The notes beneath the pieces were generated by a model that saw only the letters and a program-made list of their open reading frames with translations, was not told the DNA's origin and ran no database searches. The translations under genes and the position numbers were made by a program. From Diplonema japonicum (Eukaryota; Protista; Euglenozoa: Diplonemea): a stretch of DNA of 64,000 nucleotides. Location of the stretch: the NCBI GenBank assembly GCA_964019335.1, contig OZ025702.1, forward strand, positions 1 to 64,000. Reading direction: 5' to 3'. Positions 19,298-30,957 of this stretch are shown piece after piece (position 1 is the first letter of the stretch; every line of letters starts with the position of its first letter).

Positions 19298-21499
19298 ATG
19301 GGGAACTGCACGTCAAATAAAAAAAAAGACACCACTAAAGATGATCAAGGTGCAGAGCGATGTGATGAGGTGCACATTGTGAAAGGAGAACACTCGCCTA
19401 TGGGACTTGACCTAGTCAAAAGGAACGGTGCTGTTGTCATCAAAGGCGTGTGTAAAGGAAGTCATGCTGAGAAGAATGGTCTAGGCAGCTATGAAGGATG
19501 GGAGATATGTAACGCAAAGGACTGCGAGGACCTGAAGACGATGAGCGAAGGGCATGATAACGTTGTTTTGAAACTGCGCCCTGAGAGACGCAACAGGGAG
19601 GCGCTCGACATGAAGCCCCCAGAGGGCGTGTGGATTGTGATACCCTCTCGGCCCATGCTCTCAGGATGGTATATCCCCGACCCTTTAGCGGCTTCAACAC
19701 CATCGACAACGTGCAAGACTTGGGGGACAGAGGATGGTACGCAGACTGTGCAGTACAAAGACAATCAGTGGGTGGCCAGCAGCACAGAGACGGTGGGGAC
19801 CGTGTACAAACTGGTCTCAAAAACATCTCCAGACACCATCACAGCTAGTGTGTGGGAGCAAGAGGTGCACATCGGTGTCACGACGGAAGTGTCGCCGCAT
19901 GTTCGTGTGTGTTCCTGGCACGACCCGATGACAGACGACAACGACTTCACACAGCTCCGCGAGTACCTGAACAGGGAGATGCACATCAACCGCGACTGTT
20001 TTGCGATCCACGTCAGCTACCTAACGTCCGACATCTGCCAAAATACCGACAACATCGACTTATGCGTGTTGCTGGTGTCCCTTACAGGGATATCTGTGGA
20101 CCACGACAAGTACGCGATGTTGGTGAGGTGTCTTAAAAGATACCCCAATGTCCTCAGTGCTTGGAAGTATTGTGGTCTACAGCCTTACGAGAAGTGTCGC
20201 AAGTTACAGGAACACACTCTGAGGTCATACAAAGCAGAACATGTGTTGCGCTTAAATCTGCTTTCTGAATACTTCCAGCTGTTTCTCGAGCTGCGCAAGC
20301 CGAAGCAAGCCCGCCAAACCCGCCAGGACCGTGTCTTAATTGCATTACTTGAGGATAGATTTGAGGATCGGGTTAGGAGGAAGCACTGGTCAATGTGGCG
20401 GAGGTGGGCTACTTTCAGACGCCAGATCCCAAGAGACAAAGTTCCCATGTTCGTACATAAGACAGAACCGCAAGGGGCACCCCAAAGAGAGGAGCTTCAA
20501 AAAGAAATGGTATCATACGGAACAAGCATGACCCCAAGGCTTGAAGCAGTGCGCACACATGTTGATCCCCTACCTGTGATCAAGCGCAGTCCTGTGGGTG
20601 CTGAAATCAAAAAACCGGTGGCAGACTGCAGTGCAAGCGAGGGTGATAGTCCTGTGTGCAGGCGTGCACCCAACTTGTACGATGCCAGTGACACGGAAGA
20701 AGAAGCGCCAGTTGCTCCCGTGCTAACGACCGAAAGAATTTGGCCTCTGTGCACATCAGCGCTGCCTTTTGCAAAGTACACAAGTCTACATCTTAGCATA
20801 GTGAAGGACAGACTGGGCTTTGTCCCCCCGATGGTACCCTCCTCACAGCTTACTTTGCTGCTGTCCGAAGGTGTTTACGGAGAGGACGCTGTTAGCGATT
20901 GCCTGCAGAGGATACAGGTAAGACTCCAAACACGTCTGGAGTCAGAGCGCTCACCGTACGCGTGGAGCTACATCCAGCCAGTACAAGCAGACGCAACACA
21001 AAAATGGATGCTCGAGCCGATCTTGGAACATACCTTAAACACGGTACACCCTAATATGACAAGATATCTGTTCATCAAGACAGAGATGACTTCGCCTTAC
21101 TGCACAGGATATGGCAGGGCCGACTTTGTTTTGAAGTCTGAAACGGGCACCCCTTTGCTCCCTGTACTTTTTTGCACTGAAGACATTTCTTCCACCCTCC
21201 CTCAGCTGTGGGCGCAAGTTGCAACTGCACACCAGCACCAGAAGACACTTCCTTCAGCACATTGCGACAAAGTGACCTACGGCATAGCGACTACAGGAGC
21301 CAGGTGGCTGTTTGTTTCTGTGGACAACAGTAGAGAACAGATCACAAAGGAGTATAGCTGGTTTGTGGACGCTGCTGACATTGTATGCACAAAGCAAACT
21401 AACTATACCTCACAGGTACGCGCGTTGCTGTGCTTGTTCACATACGAATGGCGGCAGCAGCACAGATCTGCAAAAGCCGCTTACGATATTTCTAAATAG
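19298..21499 (+). CDS. Putatively acylated (MGNC) protein with PDZ-like N-terminal region and C-terminal degenerate PD-(D/E)xK restriction-endonuclease-like domain
   Basis: MGNCTS start; PMGLDLVKRNGAVVIKGVCKGSHA (PDZ-like); C-terminal GRADFVL...QLWAQV...YGIATTGARWLFV. Confidence 0.7.
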   Translation: MGNCTSNKKKDTTKDDQGAERCDEVHIVKGEHSPMGLDLVKRNGAVVIKGVCKGSHAEKNGLGSYEGWEICNAKDCEDLKTMSEGHDNVVLKLRPERRNREALDMKPPEGVWIVIPSRPMLSGWYIPDPLAASTPSTTCKTWGTEDGTQTVQYKDNQWVASSTETVGTVYKLVSKTSPDTITASVWEQEVHIGVTTEVSPHVRVCSWHDPMTDDNDFTQLREYLNREMHINRDCFAIHVSYLTSDICQNTDNIDLCVLLVSLTGISVDHDKYAMLVRCLKRYPNVLSAWKYCGLQPYEKCRKLQEHTLRSYKAEHVLRLNLLSEYFQLFLELRKPKQARQTRQDRVLIALLEDRFEDRVRRKHWSMWRRWATFRRQIPRDKVPMFVHKTEPQGAPQREELQKEMVSYGTSMTPRLEAVRTHVDPLPVIKRSPVGAEIKKPVADCSASEGDSPVCRRAPNLYDASDTEEEAPVAPVLTTERIWPLCTSALPFAKYTSLHLSIVKDRLGFVPPMVPSSQLTLLLSEGVYGEDAVSDCLQRIQVRLQTRLESERSPYAWSYIQPVQADATQKWMLEPILEHTLNTVHPNMTRYLFIKTEMTSPYCTGYGRADFVLKSETGTPLLPVLFCTEDISSTLPQLWAQVATAHQHQKTLPSAHCDKVTYGIATTGARWLFVSVDNSREQITKEYSWFVDAADIVCTKQTNYTSQVRALLCLFTYEWRQQHRSAKAAYDISK

Positions 21500-21589
21500 C
21501 AAAAAGTAAAGCCATTTACACCATACACCGACATTATTGTAGCTGCCTTTTCTGCAATATAAAGGAACAAACCATCACAGGGTAGCACT

Positions 21590-24500
21590 ATGCGCTGCTT
21601 GCTGCTTGCGGCAGTTGTTGTGTTGCTATACCCAACGAATTTGTCGGGGATAACACTGCAGCAAGGATGGTATAGAGGAAGAAAGTTTAGTTACTACGAG
21701 TTTGGGAGCGGTAGTGTTGTTGATGTTAAACCGAGGATGTACACATTCGCGACAGAAAGTGCTGAGGGCGTGGTGACGCCTGTGCCGGGCCTCTACTCTG
21801 TCATCGATACAATTACTACGGATGCTAATTACACCGGGTTGTGGGACCACCTACATATCATCGTGGAAACACCTCCCGCAGCTCCAGTCACTTCTTCCGA
21901 AAGCTTACTCACTATGGCTACGGCTAATAATTGGAAGCTTGTGCCTACAGGCTACTTCACGCACTGCCCGCTTGTTGAACAAACAGCTGTTTTAGAAGGT
22001 CTCACAGACCAACCCACAAGAATGTGGCACAAAGATCAAACCTACCATTGTTTCTTGGTCGGCACTTCGCGTCATTATCCCTCCGACTTCATTGAAGTGT
22101 GGGACATCAAGAAGTTCCCCACCAAAGTACGTGTTCCAGAGAACGTGTTGTTGGACTGGGCACCTCACGAATATGGTTTCACGCCGGTGCTCAGAAAGCG
22201 CACTGCTTACGTGGCAGCTACTTACGTAAACAACAGCGTGAGGGCGCTCGCCTCACTTCTACTTCAGCCCCACGAGGTGGCCGATGTTAGTGAAGACATA
22301 TACGTTTCTTGGTACATCACCTCCATGGATCCTCCCACGTGGGACACAGCACAGTGGATCTGGTCGCGCGACCTCAGCACAACGAGTAACCCGACGCAGC
22401 TCTGGTGGACGCTCCGCGAGGAGGAGGTCGACTTCAAGCTCCAAGCCAGGTTTGGAATAGGGTGGATCGGGATAGGGTTTGGCCAGGCGGGGCTTGCGGG
22501 GAACGAAGCAACGGTAAACCTCATAACGTATCTTGACGCGAAGCGCAACTTGTGCATCTCTCATGGTTATGTTAATCAAGGAGAGAGCACTTTGAACCTG
22601 ATCACAGACAACCTTATGGGCGTTACGAACGTTACCCTTGACGTAGACTGGAGAGGCACAATGACCTTGTCTTTCACAAGACGTCTCCAAAGCACCGTCG
22701 TTGATTCGCTAGGCTTCACGCGACCATTGAGTTCTATTGTTGATGGCGAGGTGGGGAGGCTGGTGTGGGCATCACAATCAGGCCCTGCCATGGACACGTG
22801 TGGCGTGGGTGTTGACAAGTTGGTGAGCCCCGTCTATTCCTCAGGATGGGGTGCTCTGGATATACACTGGACATCAAGCAACACGGCTGTGCCTGCGGTG
22901 ATCACTACACCAATTCCAGTGGTGTACACCCCCTCTCCCGTCCTTACACAGAACACCCCAACACCACCCACAGTACCTATGGATTTGGTGCGTGGAAATT
23001 TAGTGCTTGATGCAAAGCTCTCAGTTACTTGGGAGATGCGGACAACTGACGAGATACTGTTCAGCCTCAGTTATCAAGGAGATCTGAGTGCCGAAAAGAG
23101 ATGGATAGGCTTAGGCATTGGTCGCGCGTTTCAGTACTCTGATACCATAACTGTGTGGTACAACAAAGGGGGGCAGGTCCTTGTCGAAGACAGGAAAGCA
23201 GCAGGGCTAAAGGAACCACCCTTGGATGCAAGACAAGATGTAGTCTTAAGGGGGCATCGAATATCTGCAGAGCTCACTGTTGTTAATTTTTCGCGGAAGT
23301 TGGCGACGGGCGATGTGGGAACAAGCGTGAAGCCTCGTTCAAGGACCACCCTTGTCCAAACTGTGCTGAGGAAGTACAGCGGGTGGTACTTGGGGAAGCG
23401 CACTGATTACTACTCGGCAGAAACTCCAGGCGGTGTGTTCGGTGGTGCTCAACCCTTCGCTGCGCCGTTGTACCGAATACAACTTTCTGGCTCAACTGAG
23501 TTGCTTCCGGGACAGATGCTGCTGATCGACTCTCTTCCTGGGCAGCAGGGGTACTCTGACTTACGTCAGATAATCACCGTCAACCCGCCAGCAGGCTACC
23601 AGGGCCCTGTGATATCGTGGGTGCGCAGCATACCAAGCGATTGGACGCAGGTGCGCACCTCTATCTTCATGAACTGCCCTGTGGTGCACGATGCCACCAC
23701 TCTAGAGGAAGATCCAGGGACTTTCCCCAAAATATCTCTGTGGTATAATGGTGAGTTGGTCCGCTGCATTGACTTTTCAGTGAGGGCAACCTCGCTCCCC
23801 ACGTTGTATCCTTTAGCCTGGGCATCTGCCTCTGACCCCTTGAACGGAACTCTAGTTAACACTTCTACAACCGATATGACCTATACCGGCGTGTGGAACC
23901 TGTACACCTACAACAGCACAACTGACGAGACTGTCACAAGTGCTGACGTGCTCTCTTCAGTCCTAGCAGATGCCACTCTCAATGGATACGTAAACAGGCC
24001 TATTGTCAAAGTGCATGATACTGTTGTGCAAACAACACCGTCACCTGATGTTGCTTCGAATTACGATAACACGATGTACTTAAGCTCCGAGCCGGGGAAT
24101 GAAGTAATCCTCCGATGGACTATTGTTGATGCCTCTGGAACAATGCAGGTGGAAGTGGAGTCAGAGGTTGGCGCGCAGAGTATGGTGAGTGTTGGTTTCA
24201 GTGCAACGACGTACCAGAGAATGGCCAATGCAGACATAGTGCTTGGATATGTGGGCACGGCTGGTGCCAGCTGTGTCCGTACGCTGTATGCCATTAACGA
24301 GGTGGGTGCACCCACGGGTGTGCCGCAACTTGTCGTCACCAACAGAGTACTCAATGTTGTCAATGGGAAGCTGCGCATGTCCTTCACCCGCACGCTGAGT
24401 GATGCCTCGACTGAGGGCATCATCCCAACCAACCCGTATCAGTCCATGAGGGTTCTGTATGCGACAGCGGCCAGCATCACGGGTGCTTGCAATGAGCAAG

Positions 24501-27500
24501 ATGTGTCGTTCCTCAATCATGGGACATCTCCCCATGGGTCGCGTGTGATATATTGGAGATTGCAAGATGGTGCTCCATCAGTCATTCCTTCGGCTGCGCC
24601 TTCAACAGGGCTGTCTCTCCCCCTTGACCAACCAGTTGCCTTTAACAGACAGACAGCATGGTTCGCAAGCAGTAGCGTGACCCACTATACTCTAAACAAC
24701 ACCCTGCAGGGTAACAGCACCTATGTACCTCCAATGTACGTCTACGACATATGGTGGCCTGCCGCACGCAACGCCATCATCGACGCTGTCCCCGGCATCG
24801 CTACATACAGCGATCTTATGAAAGTGAGACGTGTCCGCCTCCCTGACGGGTTTCCCGATGAAGTGACGTCACTAGACCAGCTCAGAACGTCAAACGCCTT
24901 CATCGAAGACACTGACTACTACTGGAACTGCCCTGTTGTGTCATTGAAAGCTACCTTCGATTCACAAGATACCATCGAACTCAAGCAGTTGTGGTACAAA
25001 GACCAGCTTGTGCAGTGTGCGCACTTCGGTAACTTGACGTCAACGCGAGTAAACCCCGTCTACGAAGTGTGGAGTGGCGGGGTCTTTACAGGGAGCCGTG
25101 TGCTGTCTTCAACGCCCTCATCGGTGGGGTATTCCCCCTTCAACTGGGTCGTCGAAGTCGCAGTTGCTGATAGCAACAAAGACGTTCGGTCAGCAGCTGA
25201 ACTGCTTTCGGTTAGCATCAGTACTACGGATGCCTCGCCACCGAGGCTGCTGAATATGCCCATCGTCCAGATCGATGCAGGCACACCCCTGCAGCTTACA
25301 CCAATCGTGCTCCCTTTGCAAACAGGATGGCTTGACAACAGGGAAGTACGTTACTTGGACTTCTCTGCACTTTATGGCAAAATACCTACCTTGCAGGATA
25401 CCGTTGTTACTGCCAATGTCTTTGCTTTCAGGTCTTTGAACTCTTACTGGGCTCCTGAAGTACAGCCTAATGTTATAAGTGTCGTTCCTGGTCAGACTGG
25501 TTACGCTGACTTGTGGAAGGTGACACTTGTCGTAGTACCAGCAGGCACGTCCCTTCCGATCACTTCGGCTGGCGACATCCCCGACGCTTGGAAGACTGAA
25601 TCACTTGTCATAATTAATTGCCCTGTTGTCCATAAGGATACCACCATCAGTGCGTACCCTGATGGCACCACCCCGCTGCTTCCTAAGCAGGAATGGTGGT
25701 GGAATGGCACTCGTATTACATGCTTTCTGTTCGAGGAAACTCTTGCCGGCACCGGACCTATCCTTGGGCAGCTCACCCGCGATGTGCTTGTGACAGGATC
25801 GGCAGCACCTGTGTTCACATCGTGGCCCGGCGACAACGGTGGCGGGCTCTCCGTCCCGCAGAACTTTGCAGGTCTGAACGGTGTTGTGTACACATCGGCG
25901 GCGATGGTAACAGGCTTCACGCTGTCTAAATCTCCATGGGCTGTGAACTGGCCTATTATTTTTGTTGTGGCGGCGCAGCGGCCTGCCAGTGTTGCTTACA
26001 ACATGGTAGCGTCGCAAGGTCTATACAGGGGAAAGGCCGTGGATTACTGGCTTGTAGTTAATAGCACAGCACCACCGATGCCAACCGTTATCGCACCTGC
26101 GCAAGACACCATTCAGGAAACAGTGCAGATGCCGACTGCAAGGGTGTACGTCTTCCGCAGGGGGGGTGTTAATGTGGAGGACATGCTCCCTGTGTTTGAC
26201 TTCCGCCCGGGTGAAGACCTCGTCAGAGACGGTGTGTACGGAGGATACAGCGACCTGAAGCGGGTTTTCTTTGTTGAAATGCCTGATAACGCACCCATTA
26301 CATCCCTAAGGAGTGTGGAAGAAGTGGCCAACCAGGGATGGCCCGTGACAGAGGCAACAGGTCTCTATTACAACTGGCCTTTGTGTGACGCGAGTACTGT
26401 GCTACCCCAGAGCATGAGCCTCTTAACTGGCTGGTCAAAGAGTGTGTTTGTCTATTACGTCAAGCTCACTGAACAAACAAACACCAAGATATCAAAAGCT
26501 TTCAGGGTTACTAGTGGCATGCTCGTGTTTCCCTTAGTCCCTGAATCGGCGGACTACACCGCATTTCATACAATATGGGAAGTGGCAGCACCTGACAGCT
26601 TTGATCCTTCAACAGATCTTGCCCTGTACTCCTTTCAACCGGTCTACCCTATTGTGGTACTAAACCTCCCTATTCTTGCAGCACCTTCAGCAAGCACTCT
26701 TACCAACGAAGTAGACACCCAGAAGGTTTACGATAAAAAAGCAGCATGGATGGGGGGCCGCGAGGTCCAGTACTACTCATTCACTAACACGCCGCTGCCT
26801 TCTGGTGACACTGTCGTGCCAATGGCAGTTTATGCCCTGCGTTACGGCACTGCTTACTCTTCTAAGCCAGTGCAAGCTTCCGAGATAGCTATAAGAAGTG
26901 CAGGTCAGCCGGGCTACTCGGACCTACAGTCTGTCCAAGTGGTTGAAGCAACTGGCGTGGCAGCATTCCCACTGCGGTCTGCCGAAAACTTGTTATCAGA
27001 GGCGCTCAACAACTCATGGAGCATAGTACCCACGAACCTTGAACGTGTCGCTCCCATGGTGCATCCTGGGTCTCTCCTTTCGGACGAGGCGCACCGCCTG
27101 CGCTACCCGAAGAAGGTCGTTTACCAAGGTGGCAGAGAAGTTGTTGTTATGGACTTTGGGTTCTCTGACCAAGCAAAAGCGCAGATCCCCATCTACAAGG
27201 TTGTAAACGCTAATAATTTGGTTTCTTACATCCTTTCTGCATCAAGCGTGCCTGCTGCTAGGTTCTGCAGAGAGGTAGTGAAGTTTGCAGACACAACCAC
27301 GTACCCGCTGATTGACTTGGACCCGGCATGGACCGAATGCCATCAACGCACCGAGCAAGCATGCCCACGAGAGCATTGCATATGGAATGGAACCTGTATT
27401 CAACCGGAAACACGATTCGTGTGTGCTCTTGTCTCGCAATCGCAGGGCAGGGCACCACTAGTTACTCTCTCTCGGGAGACAGGCTGGTTTGATGGCAGGA

Positions 27501-30500
27501 GACTCACCTACTACTCGTCGCCAAATACTGTTCCGGGGAACGCCACACACACAGTGACAGACACTGTCTACGTGTTCAGATTCCCTGCTGCACGGGGACA
27601 GCAGCCACTGGAGGCCGCAGGTGTTCCTGGTCTGCTCCCAGTATTCACCAACCTACCTGGAACAGAGTCCTACAGCGACGTGCACAAGTTAATGCTGGTG
27701 ACAGTCCCTCTTACCTACTCGGGTGGCCTCATAGAGACAAGAGAAGATGTGCTCAATGTGGTTGCCGCAGAAAACTGGGTGATCGCTGACACAGGGACCA
27801 TCGTCAACTGGTGGGTTGTGCATGCGAGCTCAACATTAGAGGACAGGGACACTACTACAGTCCCCAAAAACGAAGCATGGGCAGAAGGTGAGAAGGTGGC
27901 GTACTTTGACTTTGGGTCCATTAACTCGATAGATCACAAAGAGAAGTTTGTGCTTGTGAGAAACGGTCAAGACGTTGTGGACAACGATATCTTCATTCAA
28001 GCGGAGCTGGTGGGAACTGCTGTGGGCACACCCTACTCGCATCTCGTGTGGGAAGTTGCTGTCGCAGTTGATACGTCTTACGTGAGCGAGAACTTCACCA
28101 CGGCAAGCCAGCTGAGCGGGCTGGTGCCTAACTATAGGCGGCAAACAATCGCAAACAATCCCATCATGACTCTCGAGGCTCCGGTTAATGCGATTGATTT
28201 CGACGATTTAGTTATCGACCCCAGCCAACCGCAGGACATGTCCTGGGCCTATGGACAGGTCGAGAGTGTCACGCAGCAGCTCCTTCCATGCGAGGCAGCC
28301 CAAAGAGGGCGGACTGCTGTATCACTGCAGACGAGTACCACAACCAATCCACCCATTCCACCTGTGGGCAGTGACATAAGGACATGTATGGTGTTGACCC
28401 CAGTCTTCACGTTTTGTTGGGAAATCCTTGCTATCACACCTGACACTATCACAGTCACCTTCAAGATCCAAACAGGCAGCTGGGTGGGAGTAGCCCTCTC
28501 GCATGAGGTGCGAGAAGGAGGACCCAGGAATTCTGATGTGTGGCTGGGGTACCGCGACATATCAGGGCCGCAGCTTACAGACAGGTGGATAGGTCAGGAC
28601 CACGTTGCACTCCCCTCGATCGACACTGTGCTCGGCGGATCAAATGACCTCAGCATCATCGCAGGGCGCTCCGTGTACTCGGCTCAAAGGGACTATCACA
28701 ACATCACTTTTACAAGAAAGCTGGTGTCTCCAGACACAGCTGCCGACATCAGCATCAATAGCTCCAGTATCTTTGTATCATGGGCAACAGGAACAGGGGA
28801 CATCCCCACGCGACACTCTGCCACAAGCACTCTGTGTATAAACTTCTATACGAGCCAAGTGGAATTCGGCTGCATCCCGACATCACGGGACGAATGGTGG
28901 GTACCATTCACTATTATATTACTGAGCTGGGCTGTGCTCTGTGGTTTCTTCCTAGTAACGTATTCGCAAAAGAACTCAGTTCTTCACACAGTCGTTTTGT
29001 TCAAGGTGTGCTCTTATTGGGAAGACAACGAATCACACAGGGATCTGTCGCGAACCATCTCACAGCAGCACAGGTGGTACTGATTGCGGTGTACGTGACA
29101 CTTGTAGGCATCTGGGTGGCAATGAGTGCCGATAAGTACTACAATGTATGCTTTGAAATTAGAAGTTAATATTCAACAGTTGAAGTTACGAGTGCCAAGT
29201 CTGCGGGCTTTTGGGAGTGGTGCTGTGCTGTGTTTCTCTCTAATGTTGCTGCCAGTTGCGAGGTCTTCACCTCTCCTGTGGGCCGTTGGCATTTCGAAAC
29301 AGCGTGCTGCTAGATGGCACAAGTGGAATGGCATCCTGCTGCTGCTGCTGGTGACAATCCACGGAATCGGGATGGTATGTTGGTGTGCGGTCGCATAATT
29401 TATGTTAGGTCGCGACATACGCCACGGACGCTGTTAGTTGGAAGAGCGGTGACACCAAACGGCAACCAGGGTTAGCAGGCCTCCTCGCATTTGTAGGACT
29501 TCTTTTTCAAGGTTTCGTGGCTACTTCTCCGTTTGGAGGACGCTTGGTATGCAGTCTGATAGAAAATCACGCATCACAGGGATGGTTTAAGCGACGCTAC
29601 TATGAAGCCTTCCAAGTGATCCATATGTTTGGTGGAATCTGGTCTCTCGTGTGGGCTGTGATCCATCATCCACCGCTGCTGTACGGGGTGTTGTTCTCCA
29701 TTGTGGTCTACATTATCGACAAACTGTTCTACTTTTACCAGTGGATGACCGCCATGGATGGTTGGTCAACTGTGCTGTCTTGCATCTCGTGCTTTTTGTG
29801 CAGAGGGGATAGGACCCCCCGCAGTGCCTTTTTCTCTTGCCAAGATGAATCCTTCAACGATGGGCGGAAGCTATCGTGCCTCGAGCTCAAGGTCGTTTCT
29901 TCCGACCATTCGTTATGTTATGACACATTCAGAATAGACGCCATGGAGCCCCTGCAGCACGTACTCGTAAGGATACCTTCAGCAGGTAGGGAGTGGCATC
30001 CTGTTGGCATCAGTTGCCGTCCTGTCCACGTCGAGGACGATCAGCACGACCCTTTCAAAGGTAGCCCCACGACGTCCTTCACGCTGCATGTTGGCGCCAA
30101 CGATTCCAAGCGGCACACATGGTCAGCAAGAGTCCACCAACTTGCGTGTTCCATGGAGCGGCTGGGTTCCGTTCAAGTGATGGGACCTTATGGAAGGCCT
30201 GCTATTGACTTTAGGTCGTACGAACACCTGATCCTTATTGGAGGTGGGATTGGTGCTGCGCCCCTGATGTCTATCCTAGGATACTACCTTGACCCCGTGT
30301 GGGGCAAGCAGGCACCTGCTGGAAAAAGTAGAACAAAGCTCATCACTCTGATCTGGGCAGCCAAGGACAGAAAGATGTTCGACGTGTTCTGCGATGGCAG
30401 CGACTCTCCCGGCGTGCTACGGATGGCGCTGGATATTGACTATGATGCTCGTACTTCTAATAAGAACTTCGCGTTCAGAATGTTCTTGCACGAGACATCG

Positions 30501-30875
30501 CGTAGCAGGGACAACCCTTTACAGCGCGACACAGATAGTTACTCTCCTGGCGGGCTTGAGCAGCTCCAGCAGATAGCCGATGCCAAAGCGACCGAGACAA
30601 AAAGAAATCGTGTACAGCTAGTGTACAACGGAAGGCCCAACCTCTTCCAAAGAGACGCAGCGAGCTCCACACACCCTAACGTGTTTGATGACTTTGCTGC
30701 GCAAAATGAGCTTGGCAATACCCAACTCCCTGGCCTCACATCTAGAATCACCTCCGCAGGTGTAGTTGCTTGCGGCCCCCCTTCCCTCATGAGGGCCGTG
30801 CGTGCCTCTGTCGACAAGCACAACATGATGCAGCGGGGCCTAACCTTCCACCTTCACTCTGAAATGTGGACATAG
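21590..30875 (+). CDS. Giant repeat/DOMON/ferric-reductase (FRE/NOX-like) membrane protein, ~3049 aa; exons 21590-29005, 29041-29145, 29180-29374, 29409-29546, 29580-30875
   Basis: Signal peptide, 7 paired repeats and 4 DOMON domains (WIGIGFG, SFTRRL etc.). TM helices carry WHKWNG...TIHG and IHMF...IHH. Also EWHPVGIS, GPYG, LIGGGIG, ACGP and HSE. Four introns of 33-35 nt join the ORF pieces in frame. Confidence 0.88.
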
Positions 30876-30957
30876 AAAATAGATACAGACCGTCTTTATA
30901 TTATTAGAATTAGAAGTAAATTAGGGGCTAATTTCTTTCATTCACCTTCTGCAGGTC

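Noticed and set aside
3560-30875. Pseudogenes or programmed frameshifts suggested by split ORFs (vWA, WD40, Rab1, reductase)
   Set aside because: Every break is repaired exactly by a 32-48-nt GT-AG intron that restores conserved motifs.
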